Assembly: GCF_002498065.1 (NCBI RefSeq)
Contig: NZ_DAFZ01000109.1
Location: 2,542 to 66,541 of the forward strand
Direction of reading: 5' to 3'
From: Methanoculleus sp. UBA208
GTDB taxonomy: Archaea > Halobacteriota > Methanomicrobia > Methanomicrobiales > Methanoculleaceae
DNA: 64,000 bases
Shown here: one piece after another, positions 41,844-50,429 of the stretch
Numbering within the stretch: the first letter of the stretch is position 1
Layout: each line of letters begins with the position of its first letter
Position numbers and translations under genes: made by a program
Notes under the pieces: model-generated
Database searches by the model: none
The model's input: the letters and a program-made list of their open reading frames with translations, nothing else
Told to the model about the DNA's origin: nothing

Positions 41844-42881
41844 ATGGTGAAAGAGTTACTCAGGAAGTTATCGGACGCCCACGGCGTCTCGAGCAGCGAA
41901 GGAAGCATCAGGGAGATCGTCAGGGCAGAACTTGCCGGGTCGGTCGACGAGTTCCGCGAGGACACGATGGGCAACCTGATTGCCGTGAAGCGCGGCGACG
42001 ACTTCTCTATCATGCTCGCCGCCCACATGGATGAGATCGGCCTGATGGTCCAGTTCGTCGACGAGAAGGGGTTCATCCGGGTCGTCCCCATCGGGGGATG
42101 GTTCGGGCCGGTGCTCTACTGCCAGCGGGTGGTCCTGCACGGGAAGAAAGGGCCGGTCACGGGAGTCATCGGCGCAAAACCCCCCCACGTGATGAAGGAA
42201 GACGAGCGCAAAAAAGAGATAAAGATCGAGAATATGTTCGTCGACGTGGGCGCGGCGAGCGAGGAGGAGGTGAAGGATCTCGGGATCGAGATCGGCACCC
42301 CGATCACCCTCGACCGCGAGTACACGGAACTTGCCGGCAACCGCGTCACCGGCAAAGCGCTCGATAACCGGGTCGGCGTCGCGATGCTCATCCGGGCCCT
42401 GCAGCAGGCGAAGTCGCCCCACACGATCTACGGCGTCTTCACGGTCCAGGAGGAACTGGGGCTGAAGGGCGCGAAGGTGAGCGCCTACTCCTTGAACCCC
42501 GACTGCGCGATCGCGACCGACGTCACCATCCCCGGCGACCACCCGGGAATCGAGAAGAAGGACGCGAGCGTCGAGATGGGCAAGGGCCCCGTCCTCGTTC
42601 TCGTCAGCGCGAGCGGGCGCGGGCTCATGGCCGACCCGCGGATGACCGCGTGGCTCCGGGAGACCGCGGAGAAGAACGGCATCCCCTGCCAGATCGAGGT
42701 CGGGACCGGCGGCAACACCGACGCGACGATCATCCACCTGGAGCGGGGCGGTATCCCGAGCATCCCGTTCTCGATCGCCGCCCGCTACATCCACTCCCCG
42801 GTCGAGGTGGTCGATACCGGCGACATCGAGGCCGGGGTACGGCTCCTCGTCGAGGCGCTGAAGGGCAGGCCCGCGCTCTGA
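41844..42881 (+). CDS. M42-family (TET) aminopeptidase
   Basis: AAHMDEIG, KALDNRVG, TVQEELG, GNTDA, RYIHSP. Confidence 0.93.
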   Translation: MVKELLRKLSDAHGVSSSEGSIREIVRAELAGSVDEFREDTMGNLIAVKRGDDFSIMLAAHMDEIGLMVQFVDEKGFIRVVPIGGWFGPVLYCQRVVLHGKKGPVTGVIGAKPPHVMKEDERKKEIKIENMFVDVGAASEEEVKDLGIEIGTPITLDREYTELAGNRVTGKALDNRVGVAMLIRALQQAKSPHTIYGVFTVQEELGLKGAKVSAYSLNPDCAIATDVTIPGDHPGIEKKDASVEMGKGPVLVLVSASGRGLMADPRMTAWLRETAEKNGIPCQIEVGTGGNTDATIIHLERGGIPSIPFSIAARYIHSPVEVVDTGDIEAGVRLLVEALKGRPAL

Positions 42882-42890
42882 TACAACCCT

Positions 42891-42902
42891 CTTTTTTTAT
42901 TC
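42891..42902 (+). terminator. Archaeal oligo-T terminator
   Basis: T-rich tract immediately after the M42 peptidase stop. Confidence 0.5.
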
Positions 42903-42984
42903 TGGAAAAATCCTCCTGTTAGAGAACATACTACTGCCTCCCTCGTCAGCAACAACACAATCGAAATAAGGAAGTATCACGTTG

Positions 42985-43373
42985 CAGTGGACCGTGGGAA
43001 CTGCGCACCTTCGCACCTTCGGTGCTCAAACTCCGTTCCTACCGGAACGTCGTTCTCCGGTGCTCGAACTCCGCCTGCACCTCCGGTGCACGCGTCGTTT
43101 ATCGCCGTGGGGGGTGTGCGACTGTCGGGACGACAGGAGCACGAGCACCGTTAGGTGCGAGGGGACAGGGGAGGGGGGCATGCCCCCCTCCCCGTCAGCC
43201 TCTCCCCCAAATGGGGATATCCCCTTGAAATCCGTGTCAGCGTGACTGCAGAATATTACCAGATACAAAGAGTGTGAGCACCGAAAGGTGCGCAACCCGG
43301 TGGAAAGCCGTGCCCCGGAGTGCCCCTGGATTGCGACCCTCCTGGAGCAAAGAGGTGGAGTTTCAACAAACCC
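42985..43373. mobile_element. Second, diverged copy of the MITE-like element
   Basis: Shares GTGGACCGTGG, GTCGTTTATCGCC, CCCGGTGGAAAGCCGTGCYCCGGAGTG and the end GTTTCAACAAACCC with 24537-25037; left end not clearly identifiable. Confidence 0.62.
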
Positions 43374-43434
43374 TTTTTTGACATTTCCCTGCACAGAAAG
43401 GATTAAAGTATCCTCCGTGCAGAGCGGCCCCCGT

Positions 43435-43983
43435 ATGACCGACGGCGTGTCCGGATTTCTGCAGGAGATCTTCTTTGGAAACCCTGCCTACCTGGTGCGG
43501 GTCCTGATCATCGGCATCCTCGCGTATGTGGCCCTCGTGATCATCCTCCGCATCTCGGGGAAGCGGACGCTCTCGGCGATGAACGCCTTCGACTTCATCG
43601 TGACCGTGGCGCTCGGCTCGACCCTTGCATCGGTGATCACCTCAAGAGACGTCTCGCTCGCGGAGGGGGTCCTCGCCCTCGGTCTCCTGGTCGGCCTGCA
43701 GTACATCGTCTCCTGGTTCTCCGTCCGGTCGGAGCGGGTGCAGAAGGCGGTGAAGTCGGAGCCCCGCCTCCTCTTCCACGCGGGGGAGTTCCTGCATGAC
43801 GCAATGCGGCGGGAACGCATCGCCGAAAGCGAGATCCGGCAGGCGCTGCGGTCGGAGGGGATCGGCTCCCTCGAGAGCGTGCGCTCAATCGTCCTCGAGA
43901 CGAACGGAAACCTCTCGGTGATTACGAAGAGCAAGAGCGACGGCACGGAATCGCTCGTCGATGTGGCAGGGGCCCGCAGGTAA
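43435..43983 (+). CDS. DUF421 (YetF) membrane protein
   Basis: LRISGKRTLSAMNAFDFIVTVALGS, LETNGNLSVI. Confidence 0.9.
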   Translation: MTDGVSGFLQEIFFGNPAYLVRVLIIGILAYVALVIILRISGKRTLSAMNAFDFIVTVALGSTLASVITSRDVSLAEGVLALGLLVGLQYIVSWFSVRSERVQKAVKSEPRLLFHAGEFLHDAMRRERIAESEIRQALRSEGIGSLESVRSIVLETNGNLSVITKSKSDGTESLVDVAGARR

Positions 43984-44254
43984 CGGATCGGCGAAAACAG
44001 GGTGCCCAAGAGATAAGGCCTTACGCCCGGGCACATTTCGGTTCATGGTGCAGTGTTTTTTTTGTGTTCGCAGGCCGTAACCGTTCTGGCCTGTGAACCC
44101 GCTGCATCATGTGATGATGTGCCTTCTGGTTGACCCCACTCTCAGGCAAGATCCCCCCATAACGCTGAAAGTATATAATTTTAACCTATGGTGTGAATAA
44201 TAATTTTCCTGTGTCCTATGGTCCAGGCCGGCTTTCTCCTCCCTCCAGACGATC

Positions 44255-44482
44255 TCACTCTTCCACAATGATGACCGCGACCGGGCACGAATCGGCGGCC
44301 TCCAGGACGCAGTCGGCAAGGTCGTCGGGCACCTCGCCCTCCGCGGGATTGCCGTCGACCCGGTACTGTTCCTTGATCGAGCTCAGGCCGTCGTTTGGGT
44401 CCTCTTCAAAGACATCCGGGCAGAGCGTCCAGCACGACTCGCAGCTGGTGCATCCCGGCCTGTCGATGGTAACTTTCACCAC
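44255..44482 (-). CDS. Single-cluster ferredoxin
   Basis: CTSCESCWTLCPDVF...AADSCPVAVI. Confidence 0.9.
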   Translation of the reverse strand: MVKVTIDRPGCTSCESCWTLCPDVFEEDPNDGLSSIKEQYRVDGNPAEGEVPDDLADCVLEAADSCPVAVIIVEE

Positions 44483-44622
44483 CCTCTATACCTCCGTTTG
44501 GATCCCCGAGAGGTACTCCTCCATGTTAAATGTGACGGAGGCAGGCGGTCCCCGGGCGGTTCGGCGGCACCGGGGACCGCCCGATATGGAGAAGGAGGGC
44601 GGGTGGAGACCCGGTCCCCCGC

Positions 44623-45350
44623 TCAGGGCAGTGGTGCCGGTGGCACGAAGGTCGGCAGCACGTCCCAGGTGACGAACGCCGGGCGCTCTGCTGGCGCTTC
44701 ACCCCTGATGAAGACGCCGACGCCGTAGTATTTCAGTGAATCGGGTCCGGTAGGGATCTCGGCCTCGTAGTCGTGCCAGGACTGCATGAACTCGTCGCGG
44801 TCCATGGCGATCCGCACCCCGAGCATGTCGGGGTCCTCGAGGTAGACGGAGCGGTCGTCGACCCCGACCACGACCATGTAGTGCCCGAAGTCCCAGGACT
44901 CTTCCCAGGTCTTGTCGGGCTCTTTGATGCGCTGGGCGTCGATGATGACCGGGACGCCGTCCCGGAGCGAGGCCTCGAGGTCGGCGATGGTGAGGTTCTC
45001 TTTCCACTCCGCTTCAAGCCCGAGGGATTCTGCGACCCGGACCATGTCCCAGGGGTAGGTCCCGTGGCGAGGGCTCGTGTTGAGGTAGCGCCGCAGATCC
45101 GTCTCGAAGGCGTCGAGGCCCCAGTAGCAGAGCACCGCCTGCATGGACGACGGACGGCACGTCCGGAGTTCAAGCACCGTCAGGTGCGGGCGACGACGCG
45201 CCGCAGGAGTAGTGCTCCGCCTGCCGGACGTCGGGGACCCCGGCGAGGATGACCGGACCCTCGGGAGATGGGGGGGGCGGTCGCGAGGTAGACGGCACCG
45301 CCGGCGATGAGTGCCCCGATGAGGAAAGAAGCGATTATGCGGGTGTGCAT
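44623..45350 (-). pseudogene. C39-family peptidase, disrupted
   Basis: Signal peptide MHTRIIASFL..., frameshift at G8 45270-45277, VRQAEHYSCGASS split from MQAVLCYWG by a 46-bp insertion; GHYMVVVG and YLEDP downstream. Confidence 0.8.
45146..45191 (-). mobile_element. 46-bp double-hairpin mini-insertion
   Basis: Bounded by the direct repeat CGTCGTC; removal restores the peptidase frame; same structure as units at 24661, 24719, 24897, 25168, 43012, 43117. Confidence 0.8.
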
Positions 45351-45437
45351 GATAGAGATATTCGCATATGGCCGTTAAGCGTTTCTTTATCCGGAGAATG
45401 GGAGTTCCTCCTCGTTGTCCGGAGGTTCCCTCTGCAA

Positions 45438-46031
45438 TCACGAATCCGGCGGGATTCGGGCGTCCATCTCGTCGTCCAGGGCCTCGAGAAACGCAAGGAG
45501 GAACGCGTGCCTCTTTTCGGCGAGGCTCCGGGCGCTCTCTGTGTACATAAGATCTCTCAGGTTCAGGAGTTTTTCATGAAAGTGACCGGTTGCGTCCGCG
45601 ATGCCCCGTCCCTGCTCTCCGGATTGCATAAACGTCCTCGCGATCCCGACCGCACCCATCGCGTCCAGGTTGTCCGCGTCCGAGAGGATCCGGGCTTCCA
45701 GGGTTTCTGGGGCGATGCCCGAACTATACCGGTGCGCACGGATGGCGTGGGTGATGGCGGCGATGCGGTCTTTTGGGTAACGGATGGAGCGGAGGTAGGA
45801 TTCCGCCATCCGTGCTCCCTCTTCCTCGTGGGGGACGCCCGTCTCCTCTTCGTAAGGTCGCGCGATGTCGTGGAAGAGGGCGGCCGGGATGAGGATCCGC
45901 ATATCCGCACCCTCGTGGGCGCCGAGGTGCTCGCAGAGACGCACGACCCTCTCGGTATGGTCGAACCCGTGCGCCCCTGATGGGAACGCCGTCCTGACGT
46001 AATCGAGCATCGCGGTAGTCTCTTCATCCAT
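45438..46031 (-). CDS. HD-domain phosphohydrolase
   Basis: AHGFDHTERV, LFHDIAR, AHRYS, SDADNLDAMGAVGIAR. Confidence 0.9.
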   Translation of the reverse strand: MDEETTAMLDYVRTAFPSGAHGFDHTERVVRLCEHLGAHEGADMRILIPAALFHDIARPYEEETGVPHEEEGARMAESYLRSIRYPKDRIAAITHAIRAHRYSSGIAPETLEARILSDADNLDAMGAVGIARTFMQSGEQGRGIADATGHFHEKLLNLRDLMYTESARSLAEKRHAFLLAFLEALDDEMDARIPPDS

Positions 46032-46323
46032 GGTAGATCTCTATCTTCCGGGATCGAAAAGATTCGCTTTCGGTCAGCCCGGTTCGCGTGTCATGCCGCC
46101 ACCGCCGCCCGGGTCCGGCTGTTGTCCGTCACCGGTGTCGCACAAGACATTTTGTGGGCCACAAAAGTGCATTTCATGCCGCGCAAATGTTGTTGTGGGT
46201 CATAAGTGTCCCACTACCGCTCGCCGGGAATGGTTTGTGTACATTCTGGTATACACAAGATCAGTTGCGTATATCGGATCGGGGTTTTGATATACCCAAC
46301 CGGGTTTGCAGATACCAGAATAC

Positions 46324-47433
46324 TCACAACCGATCCCCCTCGGTGATGGCAAGCAGGCGCGGGAAGGCATACATGCTCGCTCTTCGTCCCGTTCCTCTCT
46401 GCAATACCTGGATAACGTCGATCTTCTCCAGGTCCTTAAGAATCTTAGCCCCGCTTACCCTCGGAATTGCAGACCGTTCGTAAAACTCGGCCGAACTGAA
46501 GATCGGCGCCCCGAAGAGCGCATCGATCGCGGCGACGGCGTACTGCGACCGGGTCACCTCCGGCACCGTCCGTTTCATCTCGTCATAGAGATCGAGGATC
46601 TGCTTTGCTTTTTTGCCGTTCTCCTCCGCCTGCTCCTCGATGGCACGGAGGAAGAACGTAATCCAGCCGTTCCAGTCCCGGTCCCGGGAGACCGCGAGCA
46701 GACGCTCGTAGTAGACCTGCCGGTGCCGCTCGAGGTAGGCGCTTATATAGAACATGGGGCTTGCAATCAGCCCCTTCTCGTACATGATCAGCGGGATGAG
46801 CATCCTCCCGATACGCCCGTTGCCGTCGCAGAACGGGTGGATGAGTTCGAACTGTGCTTTTAAGACGGAGAGCTGGACGAGGACGTCCTTCTCCTCGCGC
46901 TGCAGGTAGGCCCCCCAGTCCGCGAGCGCCCCGGGAACCCTTTCCGGTGCCGGCGGGACGAAGATCGCGTGCTCGATATGCGCGTCCCGTCCGATGAAGT
47001 TCTGGATCTCCCGGATACATCCCGGCTCCCGGTCCATGCCCCTGCTGTCGGCGAGCAAGATCCGGTGCAGGTTGCAGATCAGGGCCGTATCCAGCGGCCG
47101 GGTCTTGAGGGCGTCCACCGCAACGTTGAGTGCCTCCCGGTAGTTGATGATCTCCTGGATGTCGGCAAGGGTGGTGTCGTTGATCCGCTCCCGCGGGTTC
47201 GCCTCGAACCGCAGGACGTCCTCAAGCGACGCCTGCGTCCCCTCGATCCTCGAGGAGAGCACCGCCTCCTGCGTCAGGAGCGGGGAGAGGAGGAGCCGTG
47301 GGTTTGGGATCGCCTGGAGGATGCCGTCGTACCGGGCGAGGGCACGGTTTGCCGACGCTATTCTCGGAATGTGGGTCTCCCAGTCGATCCCCTCCGGGGG
47401 CAGCGGCTCCGGGGCGTAGGGCGCAACCGTCAT
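46324..47433 (-). CDS. Fic-family protein
   Basis: EAVLSSRIEGT and canonical HPFCDGNGRIGR; C-terminal wHTH-like tail. Confidence 0.93.
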   Translation of the reverse strand: MTVAPYAPEPLPPEGIDWETHIPRIASANRALARYDGILQAIPNPRLLLSPLLTQEAVLSSRIEGTQASLEDVLRFEANPRERINDTTLADIQEIINYREALNVAVDALKTRPLDTALICNLHRILLADSRGMDREPGCIREIQNFIGRDAHIEHAIFVPPAPERVPGALADWGAYLQREEKDVLVQLSVLKAQFELIHPFCDGNGRIGRMLIPLIMYEKGLIASPMFYISAYLERHRQVYYERLLAVSRDRDWNGWITFFLRAIEEQAEENGKKAKQILDLYDEMKRTVPEVTRSQYAVAAIDALFGAPIFSSAEFYERSAIPRVSGAKILKDLEKIDVIQVLQRGTGRRASMYAFPRLLAITEGDRL

Positions 47434-47745
47434 GCCGCCTCCTCACGGACCGCCGTGAACCCATCGAGAATAGGAAGACTGGCGATGTGCCGGAGATCCT
47501 TCATATAATTATCCGGTGGTGCGAGAGAGTATTAACATTGATTGTTTGCGATTACGACGTTTGCTATCCGTCGTATACCCTGCATGCCGCCCGGTCGATT
47601 GAAACGGCAGTCGCCGGTGTGTACCGGAACGGTTATCTCGACCGTGCATCTCATCGCCGCGGCGTTCAGGCCGCACGAAAAGCATCCGCTCCCGGTGGAT
47701 GCGGGCATGCCGCTCGATCGGGCAGGGTCTCTAAACCTTACGACA

Positions 47746-47879
47746 TCATCCGCGTGGCCGAAAGTCCTGGACGGGCACCGCCCGGCGTCCCGGTCGGCGG
47801 GAACGGGGCCGTTGATGCTGCATTCCCCCTCGGTCTCGGTCTTCTTCGTATAGAGGGCGCAGTCGTTGCAGGTCGGCAT
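47746..47879 (-). CDS. Small four-cysteine metal-binding protein (~44 aa), probable 1-nt indel near the 3' end
   Basis: MPTCNDCALYTKKTETEGECSINGPVPADRDAGRCPSRTF; adding one C gives RPRG-stop at 47746. Confidence 0.5.
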
Positions 47880-47993
47880 AAAGACCCCTTTCCCGCCCGG
47901 GAGATATAGGTTTTGCCGGGTCCGCGGAGGGGACGTTTCCTCCGGATGAATATCCCGGAGTACAGCGCAAACCACCCTGCTCGCCGCGGGGAT

Positions 47994-48194
47994 ATGACCT
48001 GGCAGCAGTACATCCTCCGCGTCGGCAACGTCCTCACCAGCATGACGCGGAGCATCCGCTGGCTTGGCTCTTCTTACGTCGCGATCTTCGGGATGCGGAC
48101 GGGAACGGAGATCATGCTCGTCTCGACGGTGCTCCGGAACGGGACCATGGTGTTGCTGGTCGCCGTGCTGGCGTACGGCCTGGGCTGGGGGTGA
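47994..48194 (+). pseudogene. C-terminal fragment of a membrane protein (nucleoside-recognition-domain-like)
   Basis: VGNVLTSMTRSIRWLGSSYVAIFGMRTGTEIMLVSTVLRNG with no full-length N-terminus. Confidence 0.35.
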
Positions 48195-48323
48195 GGGTGC
48201 GGCGTGGCGGGTGGCGCTCTTGGGCCAAGCGTCGGGATGTGTTAGCAGGCTGCTTCGCTCTTTTGGTGCTGTAAAAAAAGATCTTTGACGGAGTGGAAAT
48301 ACTTTGAAAACGGGATTATTGGA

Positions 48324-48740
48324 TTAGATCTGTAGATCTCCTTTTTCCCGCAGATAATTCCCGGGGCCTGATGTTGCGAAGGTAGCAGTCAGTATGGCTT
48401 CGAGAGGTTTGAGGATCGATGTACCTTCGTCGAAAGCATCGGCAAGCAACCTCATTCCTTCCTGGATTTTTTCAAAATGCCTCGCTTCAAGTGGGACTGT
48501 GCTATCGCCGGAACGGATGCGTTTAAACCGATCCATCAACCCCGTGTAACAGGTATTGAGGACGAAATCAGCCATAAGGTAGTCATCAGTGAATGCATAG
48601 CGGAGCGTGCGATTAGTAATACCATATGCTGCAGAGAAATAGTAAATTTTCTTCTCAATGTTCTCCTCCTTTCGCATCATCGCTTCTACCCGCCGCAACT
48701 CGGTGACGAGTTCCTTTCTGAAGAAATCTTGCCTTGACAT
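48324..48740 (-). CDS. Hypothetical protein (low-GC islet)
   Basis: 138-aa ORF with AT-rich codons, directly downstream of the wHTH gene. Confidence 0.7.
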   Translation of the reverse strand: MSRQDFFRKELVTELRRVEAMMRKEENIEKKIYYFSAAYGITNRTLRYAFTDDYLMADFVLNTCYTGLMDRFKRIRSGDSTVPLEARHFEKIQEGMRLLADAFDEGTSILKPLEAILTATFATSGPGNYLREKGDLQI

Positions 48741-48748
48741 AATTTCCC

Positions 48749-49243
48749 TCACTGGAAATATCTCGGATGCTCATCGCCATAGATACTATCTGCAGTCGCA
48801 CACGGTGGGACGAGCACGGATGTCGCTCCAATGACACTGCCCCCCCAAGCTTCACCCTCAAAAGGAGCATACCCGGAAATCCAGCCCTCCTCTGCGGAGA
48901 TGTTCGGGGGTGCGCTGGCACCTCTGTCCTGGATATACTCGTGGATTTCTTTAAGCCGTTCTTCACCGAGCATTTTCTCGATGAGGGCATTGTTCAGGTC
49001 ATCAATGCGCCGTACAATCGAAGAATCCGTATTAATCGAGTAGAGAGGAACCCTTCCTGTACCCACGTTCAGGAGGCCCCATGCAACAAATTTTTTCACG
49101 ACCCTGCCTGCGGTGACACGCGAAACGCCTGCCTCTTCTGCGAGTTCGGTAACGTTAAATTCCATGTCGGATAGCGGCAGGAGGAACTCGAGAATTCTCA
49201 ACTCGCAGGTGTTTCCAAATAATCCTTCAAACGGACGTGTCAT
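48749..49243 (-). CDS. Winged-helix DNA-binding protein (low-GC islet)
   Basis: FGNTCELRILEFLL...FNVTELAEEAGVSRVTAGRVVKKFVAWGLL. Confidence 0.78.
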   Translation of the reverse strand: MTRPFEGLFGNTCELRILEFLLPLSDMEFNVTELAEEAGVSRVTAGRVVKKFVAWGLLNVGTGRVPLYSINTDSSIVRRIDDLNNALIEKMLGEERLKEIHEYIQDRGASAPPNISAEEGWISGYAPFEGEAWGGSVIGATSVLVPPCATADSIYGDEHPRYFQ

Positions 49244-49335
49244 AGATCTCACATAATCTCATGCGTTGATCAAGAATGCTATACGCGTACTGATAACTGA
49301 TATTGTCGCAAGTGATAAAAATATTTTGCATCGTG

Positions 49336-49635
49336 TCAGAGCTTACGATATCGCCCATCAACGACGTTATATCCATGACTTTTCAGAGCAAAGATGGCGC
49401 TCTTCATGTCGGCTATGTAGTATTTCACTTTCTTTTTCCTGATCTGTGCCACATATCCGTCGTTCATCAGGATCTGAAGTGTATCTTCAATGGACAGACA
49501 GGATCGTCCCGTGAATTTCTTTATATAAATTTTGTACAGTTTTTCGGAATGATAGCCTGCATCCGTCCGAAAGTGCCTCCCCTTGTATAAAACATTGAGA
49601 ATAAAGAGCGCTTCATCGGGGAGATCGCATGACAT
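49336..49635 (-). CDS. Small basic hypothetical protein (low-GC islet)
   Basis: 99-aa Lys/Tyr-rich ORF MSCDLPDEALFILNVLYKG... Confidence 0.65.
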   Translation of the reverse strand: MSCDLPDEALFILNVLYKGRHFRTDAGYHSEKLYKIYIKKFTGRSCLSIEDTLQILMNDGYVAQIRKKKVKYYIADMKSAIFALKSHGYNVVDGRYRKL

Positions 49636-49880
49636 AAGACACTGATTTACAGTTCTTTTCGTTGTGATATATAATGTGGCGGTTTGAGATTCGTTCCTTT
49701 TGAGGGGCCGATATCGGTTTTCCTCCTTCAACAGGGTCTGATATCCGTTCTAGCGACGGCTTTTTTGGGCTGCACGGAAAACCTGTGTTGTCTCACCTTA
49801 TCCGGTTTCATTGCATACAGGTGGCCCTGCAGATTGCATCGCTCACGAACGCGGCTGCTTCTCAATGAACCATCCGTGGT

Positions 49881-50297
49881 TCACCCGCCCTGCACCTCCC
49901 GCACCGCCCGTATCTCCGGGATCTCCATCCCGCCGAGCAGCTCGACGATCGCCTGCACGTAGGGCTCCTGCCGGGTGCAGCTCGGGGATGCACGGGGGTC
50001 GCTCCGCTGCCCCCGCCGCCCCATCTTCGCATGGCCGGTGGCGACGTAGTGCAGGAAGTCCTCTTTCGGGAGACCCCACCGGCAGTTGACCTGCAGCCGG
50101 ACGAAATCGGCGTTCTTGTTCGGGAAGAGCACTGCATGCGTCGGTGGGAGCGGGACCGGATTTCCGCCGTTTGATGCGGCAAGGTCGATAACCCGCCGCC
50201 ACAGCCGGTCGCAGGCTGCCTCCGGGCACGTCCTGCAGTAGCGGTTCGACGGCGGCGTGCCGTCGCCGGTGTAGTGGCGGCAGAAGTTCGTGTCCAT
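49881..50297 (-). CDS. Hypothetical Cys-containing protein
   Basis: 138-aa ORF FCRHY...YCRTCPEAAC, divergent from the AddB-like gene. Confidence 0.6.
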   Translation of the reverse strand: MDTNFCRHYTGDGTPPSNRYCRTCPEAACDRLWRRVIDLAASNGGNPVPLPPTHAVLFPNKNADFVRLQVNCRWGLPKEDFLHYVATGHAKMGRRGQRSDPRASPSCTRQEPYVQAIVELLGGMEIPEIRAVREVQGG

Positions 50298-50429
50298 GAG
50301 CGATCATTACGTCTCTGTGCTCGCGGTTAAACTGTGCGGCTATCCAGGCGGGCCCGGACTCCTCCCCGACCAAAATAACAACACTCATCCCTCCTCCTCC
50401 CCCAACCCCTCACCAGGAGAGAACACCGG

